Below, piece after piece: positions 9,790 through 19,449 of a stretch of 64,000 nt of DNA. The notes beneath the pieces were generated by a model. It was given only the letters and a program-made list of their open reading frames with translations. It was not told the origin of the DNA and searched no databases. Positions within the stretch are counted from its first letter, which is position 1. Each line of letters starts with the position of its first letter. The stretch comes from a virus: the IMG/VR virus record IMGVR_UViG_3300035684_000001, positions 124,554-188,553 of that record, one strand, 5' to 3'. Both the position numbers and the translations under genes were made by a program.

Positions 9790-10071
9790 TTATTGACTCT
9801 GAGCAACTTGCTGATCTGAATAACCGTAGCCATGCTTGGCGTCTATTGCCAACTTATGCTGACTCTCTATGCTTTCACTTTCAAGTATTTCACGAATGCA
9901 ATTCCTGTTCTTAACTCTGTAAAAACTAGCGTAGCTGTGAATTACTGCCGCAGCATATAGCATTTCCTGCCTGCTATTAAGATCAGTTTTAGTAAGATGT
10001 TTGCTCAGGTCTTCTGGAGTTTCGACTCCAAAAGCTTTCATTAGATTTTGTTTTACATGAAAAGTATTCAT
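9790..10071 (-). CDS. Hypothetical cassette gene
   Basis: 93 aa, with upstream GTTATAAT and an AC-rich leader. Confidence 0.6.
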   Translation of the reverse strand: MNTFHVKQNLMKAFGVETPEDLSKHLTKTDLNSRQEMLYAAAVIHSYASFYRVKNRNCIREILESESIESQHKLAIDAKHGYGYSDQQVAQSQ

Positions 10072-10198
10072 TGTTTTTGTGTTTGCTCGTACATATTAAT
10101 ATTATAACGTAGGTAAATAAAACAAGCTAGTATTTATCGTTATTTTCAAGGTACAAGGCAGCAGTTTGAGTTTGATATTGTAGCCAAAAATAAACACA

Positions 10199-10237
10199 AA
10201 AAAGCCCGCAACCTAATTAATGGGTTGCGGGCTTTTT
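10199..10237. terminator. Symmetric hairpin (AAAAAGCCCGCAAC family)
   Basis: AAAAAGCCCGCAACC...GGTTGCGGGCTTTTT. Confidence 0.85.
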
Positions 10238-10340
10238 ACGGGCTAGAAGTTGTTATTTTGCTAGAAGTTCGCGACAAATCGCAAGTAAATCTGATCACTA
10301 ACTGCTTGAATTGCCCTTGAAAATCGATGAAATAACCCAT
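10236..10340 (-). pseudogene. Truncated paralog of 10874..11386 (34 aa)
   Basis: MGYFIDFQGQFK resembles MSHATTFHGKFN, and the two share a near-identical 5' leader of about 45 nt. Confidence 0.5.
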
Positions 10341-10406
10341 GTCGTTTAAATTGTTTAGATTTGTGTCTACCTCTTTATTATACTTTTAGTATATAGAATA
10401 AATAAC

Positions 10407-10446
10407 AAAAAGCCCGCAACCTAAATTAATAGGTTGCGGGCTTTTT
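10407..10446. terminator. Symmetric hairpin (AAAAAGCCCGCAAC family)
   Basis: 17-bp perfect stem AAAAAGCCCGCAACCTA/TAGGTTGCGGGCTTTTT. Confidence 0.85.
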
Positions 10447-10462
10447 TAAGCTAAACCAGACG

Positions 10463-10762
10463 TTACATTATTTTTCCGTAAAGAATGGATGTTTTAGTGG
10501 GAAACCCTATAACGTAACTTCTTTCTTCTATCTTTGCTACGATCGCCTCACGAGTACACTTGATACCGTGATACTTAGCAAAATCTTTAAAAGAAGATTC
10601 TGCGTAGTCCTGATCTATTACACCGATATCAAACTCCCAGTCTTCTCCGAGAGTTTCTTCAATGTAGTCATATAAAATCCTGAGTCCTTTATTAGAGAAA
10701 TTGTCTGGACTTGCAGATTTAACGCGCCTGAAAAAATCTTTGAAAGACATTTGCATTTTCAT
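10463..10762 (-). CDS. Hypothetical cassette gene
   Basis: 99 aa, with upstream TTGCTT-N17-TATAAT on the minus strand. Confidence 0.65.
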   Translation of the reverse strand: MKMQMSFKDFFRRVKSASPDNFSNKGLRILYDYIEETLGEDWEFDIGVIDQDYAESSFKDFAKYHGIKCTREAIVAKIEERSYVIGFPTKTSILYGKIM

Positions 10763-10823
10763 TGTGTTTCTGAAGAGTGTTTATAATACTATTATAACTC
10801 GAATAAATAAATAAAGCAAACGC

Positions 10824-10863
10824 AAAAAGCCTGCAATCTATTAGTTTAGATTGCAGGCTTTTG
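10824..10863. terminator. Symmetric hairpin (variant of the same family)
   Basis: AAAAGCCTGCAATCTA/TAGATTGCAGGCTTTT. Confidence 0.85.
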
Positions 10864-10873
10864 TTAATGAGAT

Positions 10874-11386
10874 TTATTTAATCTCAGTTTTTTTGGTAAT
10901 AACATAACTGTTGTTGACAACAGTTATTGTTCCTGTGTTTGTCTCATCACCTTTTTCGCCACGCCATTCGACGCAGCCGTTGACAATGACACCCCAAGGT
11001 CTTAAAAAATTGTCAATGAGGTAGTCCAACCATTCTGAGGGATAATGAAACGAGTCATTTCCATCCCATTGGAGGAAGTCACCTTCTGTTGAAGGTATCC
11101 AATTACAGTACAAGCTAGGTTGGTTGGTAGGTGGTTCATTGGGATGAACGACAGATAGAGAGTCACAATCTTGACCCATAAGTACCATCGATCCGACATA
11201 ATATTCTGCTTCCCAACCTATTGGTAGTTTGACAGCTTTTCTTATTGGATCTGGGAGCTTTTCAGCAATTAGCTGATCTCGTTTCATCCGCCTCGTTCTT
11301 GCGAATTTCATTAGATAATTAACTTGCTCCGTTGTTAGTTTTGGGGATAGATTGAATTTTCCGTGAAACGTGGTTGCGTGACTCAT
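10874..11386 (-). CDS. Conserved hypothetical phage protein (cassette)
   Basis: 170 aa with YCNWIP...LQWDG..SFHYPSEWLDYLI..FL.PWG..VNG, a pattern I associate with phage hypotheticals. Promoter TTGTTT-N17-TATAAT. Confidence 0.7.
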   Translation of the reverse strand: MSHATTFHGKFNLSPKLTTEQVNYLMKFARTRRMKRDQLIAEKLPDPIRKAVKLPIGWEAEYYVGSMVLMGQDCDSLSVVHPNEPPTNQPSLYCNWIPSTEGDFLQWDGNDSFHYPSEWLDYLIDNFLRPWGVIVNGCVEWRGEKGDETNTGTITVVNNSYVITKKTEIK

Positions 11387-11454
11387 GTTGTTTAAATTGT
11401 TTAGATTCGTGTTTACCTCTTTATTATAAAGCCGAAAAATAAAATAAACAAGTA

Positions 11455-11781
11455 TTAGTCAGTACACACGTCAACTATTTCTACGTTCATTACACTTGGC
11501 TCTCCGAGTTCGCTTTTTGAACTCAAATGCACGGTAAATTCGCGATCAAAATCCAAACTATTGTCTTCAAATATCGGAATTTCAATATCGCACTGCCTTT
11601 GACCGGGTATGAACAACAATAGGCGATCGAGGTGATCGAAATCAACTCCTGCCCTAGCTGTTCCGTTTTGTGAAGTAACCCGGACTTTTTCTGGCAATGA
11701 AATATCTAACTTTCTGATTACGGCAAATCGTGCCATTCGACCTTCCGCCACAATTAACGAGGGACTACTCAATAAAAACAT
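11455..11781 (-). CDS. Stand-alone Calx-beta domain protein
   Basis: VTSQNGTARAGVDF...LLFIPGQ...IEIPIFEDNSLDFDREFTVHL. True start is probably ATG 11781, since the longer ORF would overlap the tRNA. Confidence 0.7.
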   Translation of the reverse strand: MFLLSSPSLIVAEGRMARFAVIRKLDISLPEKVRVTSQNGTARAGVDFDHLDRLLLFIPGQRQCDIEIPIFEDNSLDFDREFTVHLSSKSELGEPSVMNVEIVDVCTD

Positions 11782-11782
11782 C

Positions 11783-11811
11783 TTGACAATATCCAGAAAC
11801 AACGATATTAT
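11783..11811 (+). promoter_or_regulatory. Sigma70-type promoter for the tRNA (and possibly the downstream baseplate gene)
   Basis: TTGACA (11783-88), 17-nt spacer, TATTAT (11806-11). Confidence 0.75.
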
Positions 11812-11822
11812 TAAAACTGCAA

Positions 11823-11896
<74 letters not shown>

Positions 11897-11903
11897 TTAA
11901 AAA

Positions 11904-13814
11904 ATGCCACATTCCCGTCGCCTTTTTGAAATGCTTCCGCTGTACGCACAGTTGGCGGACGAGATCGGTTTATTGCAGCATTTGTGCGACGTAGGAGTCC
12001 AACCACAACTGGACATCCTCTACAAGATAGTCCAACTCCAAGAGTATCTCTACGATCCAGATCACCCCGCATCTTTCCCGCATTTGGACTGGCTGGGTCA
12101 ATTTGTAGGTCTGGGGAAAATTGAAGATCACTATTTGGGAATTGGCATCAATCCCGAGTGGTCAACCATCCATAAGCGAAACCTAATCAAGTCCGCGTGG
12201 AAGTATTGGCGGATCAAGGGAACCGAGAAAGGAATTCGGATGGCGATCGCCCTGTGGCTGCTTTGGGACAAATCCGACGATCGCCAGCTACTAGAAATCA
12301 GGCAGCCTCTGGGTCGGTTCCCGCTAGAAGAACCTCCCAACTGGATAACCTGCGGAACCCGCTACAATCACTTTCGCACTCAAACTTTCAACGACTTGCA
12401 GCGCATGGGCTGGGGCGACGCTCCCGGAAGGACTTATCGACCTCGTTACAAAATATTTACAGATCCCGGTGGAAGTTGGGTTTATGGCAACAGGTACAGC
12501 GATCGCCGACTGTTGTACCGCAAGCCCAACGAAATTTCTAAAGAATGTTCGATGATGGGGATATACCGCCCCTGGATGCACTTCAACGAATTAGACGAAA
12601 CCAACTGGCACAAAATATTTCCCGACATATTCGATCTCAATCACGAGATTTGGATGGCAACATCAACCCCGACCGTAATTGGCTGGTTTCATTTTCCCGT
12701 CAAAGCATTGGAACCAAAAGTTTTACCTCCAAAACCGATCGCCCACAAGTACAAATTTGAGTGCGACGGCATCCACTACGGCGATCGCTACCAACCTCGA
12801 ATTGTCAAAAAACAAGAAATTGTTAGAATCCAGAAACGCTGGACTTTTTGGGAGAAAGCTTGTTGGTACGGCGACGCTTTTGGATGGACGAAGCCAACAA
12901 CTGTTATTCCTCCTCCTCGCCCGCCGATGGCATTAGCTTTTTACGGGGATATCTACGGAACTGTCGCCAAGGTTTCCAATGAGTCAAGACGATCGCGCAT
13001 ACACCCCGCCAAGTTTTATTACGGCGATGGAGTTTTAACTGAGTCTGCAAAAATAGAAACTTTAATTTGCAGCCCGGGAATCTGGCTTCAGGTTTCAAAA
13101 AAAACTGCGGGCGAGCGTCGTTTTAACGAACAAATCTTAACGATAGAGGTTACGACTGTCGAAACGGAAATACCAGCGGGCAATCGGCTCACGAATATTT
13201 CAGCGCTGCAGGGCGATCGTTTTTTTGACTTGCGACAAAATTTTCTACAGCCCTATGCTGCAACCAAAATTGAGGAAATTAAAAAAATTGGCTCAATAAT
13301 TGCCTCTGGTTTTTGGAATTCTGGTGCACCTTGGAATTACTTCGTTAGAAAACCCGGGCAAGGGCAATCGAGCGCTGAAACTACTGAGTTAATTCAGTTG
13401 TGCCACTTCACTCGCCGATACAGCCGGCGCATCTTAACGATTGTTGAGAAAAAAACAATTCCACAGCGGGCGATCGCCTTGCACGAGTTATTCCCAATGT
13501 TGAAGCAGGCGTCAGACTCAAAGAATTGGGAGTGTCAACTATCGACGACGCTTGGCTGGCTGGTCTATCCCCCTATCTCTATAGTTGCGCTGAGCAATGC
13601 GAACTGGAAAACAGCAAGGCGATCAACTGCTGTTTCTAGAGATTTTCCGTACTTGCTGGTTGAATTTTTGGGACGATCGGAATCTGACACATTGGTCGAT
13701 TCTATCAAAATATACTTAGCTGGCAAGTTAGTTGAGGCGCGCTACTTTGACAAATCACTGTTTATGGGGGAAATCGGTGGGTTTGGCGTAAGAATAATTT
13801 TACAATTAACTTGA
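11904..13814 (+). CDS. Baseplate/tail protein with a P2 gpI-like N-terminal domain
   Basis: LFEMLP...YDPD...LDWLGQFVG...KRNLIKSAWKYWRIKGTEKGI. Confidence 0.75.
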   Translation: MPHSRRLFEMLPLYAQLADEIGLLQHLCDVGVQPQLDILYKIVQLQEYLYDPDHPASFPHLDWLGQFVGLGKIEDHYLGIGINPEWSTIHKRNLIKSAWKYWRIKGTEKGIRMAIALWLLWDKSDDRQLLEIRQPLGRFPLEEPPNWITCGTRYNHFRTQTFNDLQRMGWGDAPGRTYRPRYKIFTDPGGSWVYGNRYSDRRLLYRKPNEISKECSMMGIYRPWMHFNELDETNWHKIFPDIFDLNHEIWMATSTPTVIGWFHFPVKALEPKVLPPKPIAHKYKFECDGIHYGDRYQPRIVKKQEIVRIQKRWTFWEKACWYGDAFGWTKPTTVIPPPRPPMALAFYGDIYGTVAKVSNESRRSRIHPAKFYYGDGVLTESAKIETLICSPGIWLQVSKKTAGERRFNEQILTIEVTTVETEIPAGNRLTNISALQGDRFFDLRQNFLQPYAATKIEEIKKIGSIIASGFWNSGAPWNYFVRKPGQGQSSAETTELIQLCHFTRRYSRRILTIVEKKTIPQRAIALHELFPMLKQASDSKNWECQLSTTLGWLVYPPISIVALSNANWKTARRSTAVSRDFPYLLVEFLGRSESDTLVDSIKIYLAGKLVEARYFDKSLFMGEIGGFGVRIILQLT

Positions 13815-13827
13815 CTTTTAATATTGT

Positions 13828-14160
13828 TTGAGTTTTAATAATATTAAAAGTCACACAATACTTTATCAAGTTATGCGTATAAAAGTTACAAAAAACAACG
13901 AACATACTTTTGAGGGAATCGCTTTAGAGCTTCATGAGACAATTTTCATAGATCGCCAAGGAGGTTTAATTGAAAAATACCATATTTTTGAAGGACAAAA
14001 AATATGGGGTTGGCATAAAAATTTACCAGTAGATAAGGAGATAGAAGTTCAACGACTCGTTGCAAAAAGCAGCTTTGGGATTGTGGGACACCCAGAAGGT
14101 CAACTCGTATTAATTGAGTTTCCATCTGAAAAAGTTTCAGAACGCATAATTTACCTTTAA
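13828..14160 (+). CDS. Hypothetical protein
   Basis: AT-rich ORF with no recognised motif. Confidence 0.45.
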   Translation: MSFNNIKSHTILYQVMRIKVTKNNEHTFEGIALELHETIFIDRQGGLIEKYHIFEGQKIWGWHKNLPVDKEIEVQRLVAKSSFGIVGHPEGQLVLIEFPSEKVSERIIYL

Positions 14161-14176
14161 TTCGAGACTTAAAAAC

Positions 14177-14773
14177 ATGAAATTTTCAGAAATAACACCG
14201 GATACTAAGTTGAATTCTCCTCTCCTTGTCGGCGTTGCAGGAACAAGCAAAATAAAAGTCGATGCAACTAGAAACGCAATTGATAGGCTAAATTTATATT
14301 GTGGTGTAATCTCGATCGAGATTGGTAATACTGGCACGAATGAGCAACCATGTGGCTATCCTGAAATTTATCAGGGTGCGAGAAAAAGAGCAAAAATGGC
14401 AAAAGAATCTCAGCCAGAACACATCGATGTTTACTTTGGGATAGAAAATGGGATAGATTTAGTTGAACAATCAGGAATAATAGAATTAGATACGTGGATT
14501 GATTATGCGATTATTTACGCAATCGTACCAGGAAAATCGATTGTGTGTACAAAGTCGGACAAATGTGTTTTCCCGACAGGGGCTGTACTCGCTACAGAAC
14601 AACTGCCAGGTGGTTTTAAAAAGAATACAGTTGGCAAGTATATGGCTGAGCAAAAAATTGTTTCGCGTCATGATAACCCGCACATCGATCTTTGCAGAAA
14701 AAGTCGTCTTCAGTTTTTAGAAGATGCGGTTTTTGAAGCGTTATTACATATTTTTCCGAAAATGCGTCAATAA
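14177..14773 (+). CDS. yjjX: YjjX/DUF84-family non-canonical purine NTP phosphatase (ITPase/XTPase)
   Basis: VAGTSKIKV..TRNA, NEQPCGYPEIYQGARKRAKMA, YFGIENG and C-terminal SRLQFLEDAV match the YjjX pattern. Confidence 0.75.
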   Translation: MKFSEITPDTKLNSPLLVGVAGTSKIKVDATRNAIDRLNLYCGVISIEIGNTGTNEQPCGYPEIYQGARKRAKMAKESQPEHIDVYFGIENGIDLVEQSGIIELDTWIDYAIIYAIVPGKSIVCTKSDKCVFPTGAVLATEQLPGGFKKNTVGKYMAEQKIVSRHDNPHIDLCRKSRLQFLEDAVFEALLHIFPKMRQ

Positions 14774-15198
14774 CTAATTGTGATCGCCAGACCAATTCGC
14801 TATATTGTAACCAATGAATTGTACAAAATCTTGTTGTATCTCAATACTTGACAGCCAAAATAAGGAGATCAAAAAACAATGAAACTAGAAGTGGGCGATG
14901 TTTTTGAATCAATTACGGTGATGGCAATATTAACAACAGAACTATTGAAATTAAAGCCTTGTTTGACAATTATGTTGTCATCAAAACACTGAAAGCTGCA
15001 AGGACTCGTACTCATCCTTATGAAATTGAACATGAATATTTTTTTGAATGTGCAGCAGCAAGAGGATATATGTCAAAATATGATTGAAAGCGCAATTACC
15101 AAAATGTAATATTCCTTTTAACGTCTTATTCCGATCGCCCAAAATTAATTGTGTTGCGATCGCCCCCCCGATCCGGTATAATCGACCCAGTGTATTAA

Positions 15199-17496
15199 TT
15201 GCACCTTACCCTGTTATATTTTCCCAAGCCGGGACTCCCTCAAACGAGTCTTGGTTATTTTTTTTGGAGAAGCATTTGTGTGGCTGAAGTATTTCAGAGA
15301 AAAGTTAACGATTTGGCGGTCAATCCCAAGGCTCCAGAAGGTATAGGAGACATATCTGTCCTTCTCGCGGAGGAAGTTAACCTCAACAACGATATTCAAG
15401 TTCAATATATTTACTGCTCCCGAGGACAGCCGAAGTGGCTGAAACAGCCCCAAGTCACCCCGATCGCCTCCGAACAAAACGTCTACCAAGTTCACGGTAA
15501 AGCGCACCTGCCGATCTACCCGAACGACGGACTCAGCTTAGACTTTAACCTAAAAATTCCATCTATTAAGGCGTCAGCCGGGTCGATTGTCAACCGGGAA
15601 GACTATTTATACTTAATTGCATTCAGTTGCGAAGTTGGCGCAGAACAAGACCCAGAACTGGGTCAGCTAGAGTTTTCGTATCGCGATCAAGACGAGCAGA
15701 CGCAGGAAATTCAGATTAAGCAGATGGTAGGCGAGAACTCCCGCAGGAAAAGGGTGTTTTTCATTGCCATTTTGTCTCCCGAACCGATCGCCTCAGAAGA
15801 TTTTCGCCAACTGACGGCAATTCCCCGCAGCGGCGACATTGACGCGCACCACCGATTTACCGTAACTAAAAAAGGCGGTACTGGGTTTCCGTTTGGCGAA
15901 CATCACGTCTGGGCGATCGACGACAACTGGACAGAATCAAAAAGCTATCGAGTTTTCCCAGATCATATAGATGTACTGCAAATTTGTACGGTTCGCCGCA
16001 AAGCCAACTATACAGAAGGAGGCTACACGGGGGGCGACGGCATTGACATTATCGGGATCATTTTAGATGGTGCCGCTTCGACGGAGGATGTCAACACGAT
16101 CGCGTGGAAGCGAATAGTCGATTTATTTTCCGGTTTCAGTCGCAACTATTCCCGGACAGTCCAAAACTTGGTTCTTGGAACTGTCCAGGGAAACAGTTCT
16201 CCCGGAGAAGCGGCGATCGCCTCGAACGGAACAAACATGATTGCCAACGGGCAGCGCATGACCTTTTTGGATCAAGCTGTTACCGACAATATTTCGGTGG
16301 TAAAGGTTCGAGCGGAAAACGATGGAACCGACCGCGCGCTGGTATCGATCGTCTTGCAGCAACCGACTCCCTACGGTACATACTTTTCAGAAAATCTTGC
16401 GCTCCATAAAATTTACAGTCCCGACGGTAAAGATCAATCTAGTTTGGGGCGATTTACCAGGCTCGGACATTCAGGGGTGTTGGCTTGGATTGCCAGCGAA
16501 GATTCTTCGATCAAACCCGGTGGCATTGCTTACTGCGTCCCGGCAATTTGCTACCCGCCCGGATGCGGTTTTCAAGTTCCTTTCCGCCGCTGCGAAAAAG
16601 TTTGGTTTGCTGGAAAGGAATTGGCTGAGGGCAACATTCGAGAAGGCGGACAAAACGACTTAGTAGAGTATCAAGAACCTGCCGGAGATCAGTCGATAAT
16701 TGCTGTTATGGCGCGGGAGCGGTCAGGAATTCTTTATCTATACGAAGATGTGGTCGTTCAGTCCAATGAGTTTGGGATGGTAGTTGTTCCGGACGAACCC
16801 GCTGGTTGTTTTGCTTTCATAGAAGGAGTACCGGAAAGACTGGATTCGCCGATCGCCAGAGTCCCGCGTCCAAACACCGCCTACCGAGCGCTAGTTTACC
16901 GCAGCCCCCGTCCTTCAGACAAACTGCAATTTCTTTTGGCTTATCCCAAGTATGAAGGTCTGGGAGATGCAGGTTTGCTCGACGGTGCGGAAATTATTTC
17001 CGATCCGCTGTTTGTTGCACACTCTCAAGGCGGCGGCAACACCGTACACCGGGGGGAGGCTACGTTCCGCTTTTCGCCGATCGCCAAATACCTACCGCAA
17101 GCTAGCGCAGCTAGAGCGCCAGAACTTTACGGACCGATTCACCTTGCCGGCGAGACTTATCCGGGGCCGCTAACAATGCGAGTCTTGCCGATTCAGGCAA
17201 GTCCGGGATTGGCACTTCCTTTCTTGGGTCAGAAAATCGAGTACGTTAAAAACTCAATTGCTCCAATTCAGGGAGATCGGTCGATTGAGGGAAGGCTGAC
17301 GATCGGGGGCGAAACGATGGGTTTCAGGCTCCCAAACCTGTCTCACGATTCTTTGTTTCAAGGCGTTGTGGCGATCGTTATTCGGAAAGAAAAAGAAATT
17401 CGACTGCTGGTTATAACGCACGATGGAATTGGTGGGACTGCGGCTGCTTGCGACACTTCTGCCGGAACTGCATTCGATCTATTTACCTTGGTTTAA
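15199..17496 (+). CDS. Large virion structural protein (baseplate/tail)
   Basis: 765 aa, beta-rich, inside the tail operon. No specific family recognised. Confidence 0.55.
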   Translation: MHLTLLYFPKPGLPQTSLGYFFWRSICVAEVFQRKVNDLAVNPKAPEGIGDISVLLAEEVNLNNDIQVQYIYCSRGQPKWLKQPQVTPIASEQNVYQVHGKAHLPIYPNDGLSLDFNLKIPSIKASAGSIVNREDYLYLIAFSCEVGAEQDPELGQLEFSYRDQDEQTQEIQIKQMVGENSRRKRVFFIAILSPEPIASEDFRQLTAIPRSGDIDAHHRFTVTKKGGTGFPFGEHHVWAIDDNWTESKSYRVFPDHIDVLQICTVRRKANYTEGGYTGGDGIDIIGIILDGAASTEDVNTIAWKRIVDLFSGFSRNYSRTVQNLVLGTVQGNSSPGEAAIASNGTNMIANGQRMTFLDQAVTDNISVVKVRAENDGTDRALVSIVLQQPTPYGTYFSENLALHKIYSPDGKDQSSLGRFTRLGHSGVLAWIASEDSSIKPGGIAYCVPAICYPPGCGFQVPFRRCEKVWFAGKELAEGNIREGGQNDLVEYQEPAGDQSIIAVMARERSGILYLYEDVVVQSNEFGMVVVPDEPAGCFAFIEGVPERLDSPIARVPRPNTAYRALVYRSPRPSDKLQFLLAYPKYEGLGDAGLLDGAEIISDPLFVAHSQGGGNTVHRGEATFRFSPIAKYLPQASAARAPELYGPIHLAGETYPGPLTMRVLPIQASPGLALPFLGQKIEYVKNSIAPIQGDRSIEGRLTIGGETMGFRLPNLSHDSLFQGVVAIVIRKEKEIRLLVITHDGIGGTAAACDTSAGTAFDLFTLV

Positions 17497-17499
17497 AAA

Positions 17500-19143
17500 A
17501 TGGGAAAAATTAATTTCGGAATTAAAGGTACGTTCGGGGATTTTTACCAAGGTAGATTTCCTACATTTAGCAGATCTTCTCCTTTATTTCTTGAAAAAGA
17601 AATAAATGGCTCTTTAGACTTAATCCCGATATCAAGCAATGAACCGGCTATTTACGACAACGGCAATTTTGTGATTGCCCCAGAAATTAGCAATTTGCTG
17701 ACATACTCTGACGATTTAAAGAGTTCGGAGTGGATAGCAGGTTCTAATGTTTTTGTGAGGCGCGAAACAACTCGCGGCGCGGTGTCGATAAGGCAGGAAG
17801 CAGACTCGATCGCCGTCATTGCTGGTAAAGGGCAGGATGAAGAAAGTCGAAAACGGCAAATACTAAGGCGATCAATCTACCTAGAAACGGGAAAAACGTA
17901 CACGGCTTGGACGATTTTGCGACTTGCCAACGGTAGTGCTGGGGCGGGCGACACATTTCGCGTAATTCAATCGGGCAAAATTTTGGCTCAGGCTTCTTTG
18001 GGCGAAATGCTGAACGACGCGATCGATGCAAACAAGCGAATTGACATTCAGTTTGTCCCCATCGACGAAACCTTAGTTCACATTGAGTTTTTCATGGAAA
18101 ATTCAATGACGCTTGAAGTGACGATCGTCCAGATTGAAGAGAGAAATTTTCCGACTTTCCCGGTCTACCAACAATCAGTTATCGTACCAGTAGAGCCAAC
18201 AATCCTCTACTACCACCAATCGCCGCTGCAAGGCTTGAGGACTTTTGGGGTGATGGGCGCGATTGAGTATTGGAGAGGCGATGGCAATGTTGTCGAATGC
18301 GGTGATTTTAAAATAGCGATTAAAGGTAAAAAATTGTATGTAGAAATTGGCACTTCTTCTGTTTTAAGTGAAGAATTGCCCAGCAGCTTTAAGTTTTACG
18401 TTCAAGTTGTCAGCGAAACTGGACTGACAAACGTCTACATAGATGGAAAACTAGCAGCCAAAACACCTACTCCGAATCTGTACCGAGCATCTGAGTCTGC
18501 AATGGTTTTATCGAGCGAAGGGGTGAGATGTTTTCAGCACTTGGTTTGCACCGAGGGCTTAATGGAGGATGGAAGAGTTGAAATCGGGCATCTTGCACTC
18601 AAAGATATAAAACGATTGTTTGAAGGAATCCCTATTCCGGCTGAAATTATAGGATCTTCTTCACAAAAATTTATCGGCAAACCCGTAGAGGTTCCAGCCG
18701 CTTCGATTGATGAGTCTGGTTTTCTTATTCCCGGGTATGCTGCGGTAAGGATGCCGTTTTTGGCGATCGACCCGCAGGAGATTGAAAAAGTATTTCCTTC
18801 GACGCAAGAAGTCCAAATCAATTCTACTTTATCCTTTAAAGTGGGGAAAGCGTTCGTGCAAACCCTTGCAGGCGCAGATATTCGGACTGTCGAAGTAGTT
18901 GCCACTGACAATGCCTCTCGCAGGTTAAAGCTTGATACCGTAGAGTTGTTGCTTCCCGGTCAGGTGATCTCGCAGCCGACGCCCAACGGTGAGACTATCG
19001 TCCCCTGGATGAATTACGGGATAGACTTTTTGTATCCGTCGCCAAATGTTTCTGTCGTCGCTAGTTATGGAGACGGTATAATATTAGCAAATAAAGGTTC
19101 AGAACCTTGCAGCGTAATTCCTGAGTACAAGATAAACCTATGA
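17500..19143 (+). CDS. Virion structural protein with carbohydrate-binding/lectin-like beta domains
   Basis: NLLTYSDDLKSSEW N-terminal motif and a concanavalin-like VYIDGK segment; operon context. Confidence 0.5.
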   Translation: MGKINFGIKGTFGDFYQGRFPTFSRSSPLFLEKEINGSLDLIPISSNEPAIYDNGNFVIAPEISNLLTYSDDLKSSEWIAGSNVFVRRETTRGAVSIRQEADSIAVIAGKGQDEESRKRQILRRSIYLETGKTYTAWTILRLANGSAGAGDTFRVIQSGKILAQASLGEMLNDAIDANKRIDIQFVPIDETLVHIEFFMENSMTLEVTIVQIEERNFPTFPVYQQSVIVPVEPTILYYHQSPLQGLRTFGVMGAIEYWRGDGNVVECGDFKIAIKGKKLYVEIGTSSVLSEELPSSFKFYVQVVSETGLTNVYIDGKLAAKTPTPNLYRASESAMVLSSEGVRCFQHLVCTEGLMEDGRVEIGHLALKDIKRLFEGIPIPAEIIGSSSQKFIGKPVEVPAASIDESGFLIPGYAAVRMPFLAIDPQEIEKVFPSTQEVQINSTLSFKVGKAFVQTLAGADIRTVEVVATDNASRRLKLDTVELLLPGQVISQPTPNGETIVPWMNYGIDFLYPSPNVSVVASYGDGIILANKGSEPCSVIPEYKINL

Positions 19144-19445
19144 GCAATTTTACCGTTGATGGTGTAACGCTTGAAGTTGGCGATAAAATTTCAATTTTTC
19201 TTGTTGCAACGAACAAAGAAGATTTAGCCAAAGAATGCGATTGCACTCCGCTGTACCCCCAAGAAGAATTGATCGAAATGGAGGGAGTTCATTTTAGAAG
19301 GGCGTTTATCCTTCAAGATTCCGATCTCAAATATAACGGTATGCTTCTTGTTCCTTGGGACAAAGAAAAAAATGCACGGGCGATAGCTTACCAACAAGCT
19401 AATCCTAAGGTTAACGGTATTTACAAAGTTCGATCTGGATCTTAG
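19140..19445 (+). CDS. Small tail-associated protein
   Basis: Start overlaps the previous stop; TVDGVTLEVGD motif. Confidence 0.55.
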   Translation: MSNFTVDGVTLEVGDKISIFLVATNKEDLAKECDCTPLYPQEELIEMEGVHFRRAFILQDSDLKYNGMLLVPWDKEKNARAIAYQQANPKVNGIYKVRSGS

Positions 19446-19449
19446 TCTG

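Noticed and set aside
9737-10863. CRISPR array from the repeated hairpins
   Set aside because: Repeats are non-identical, spacing is 200-460 bp and contains genes, and there are no cas genes.
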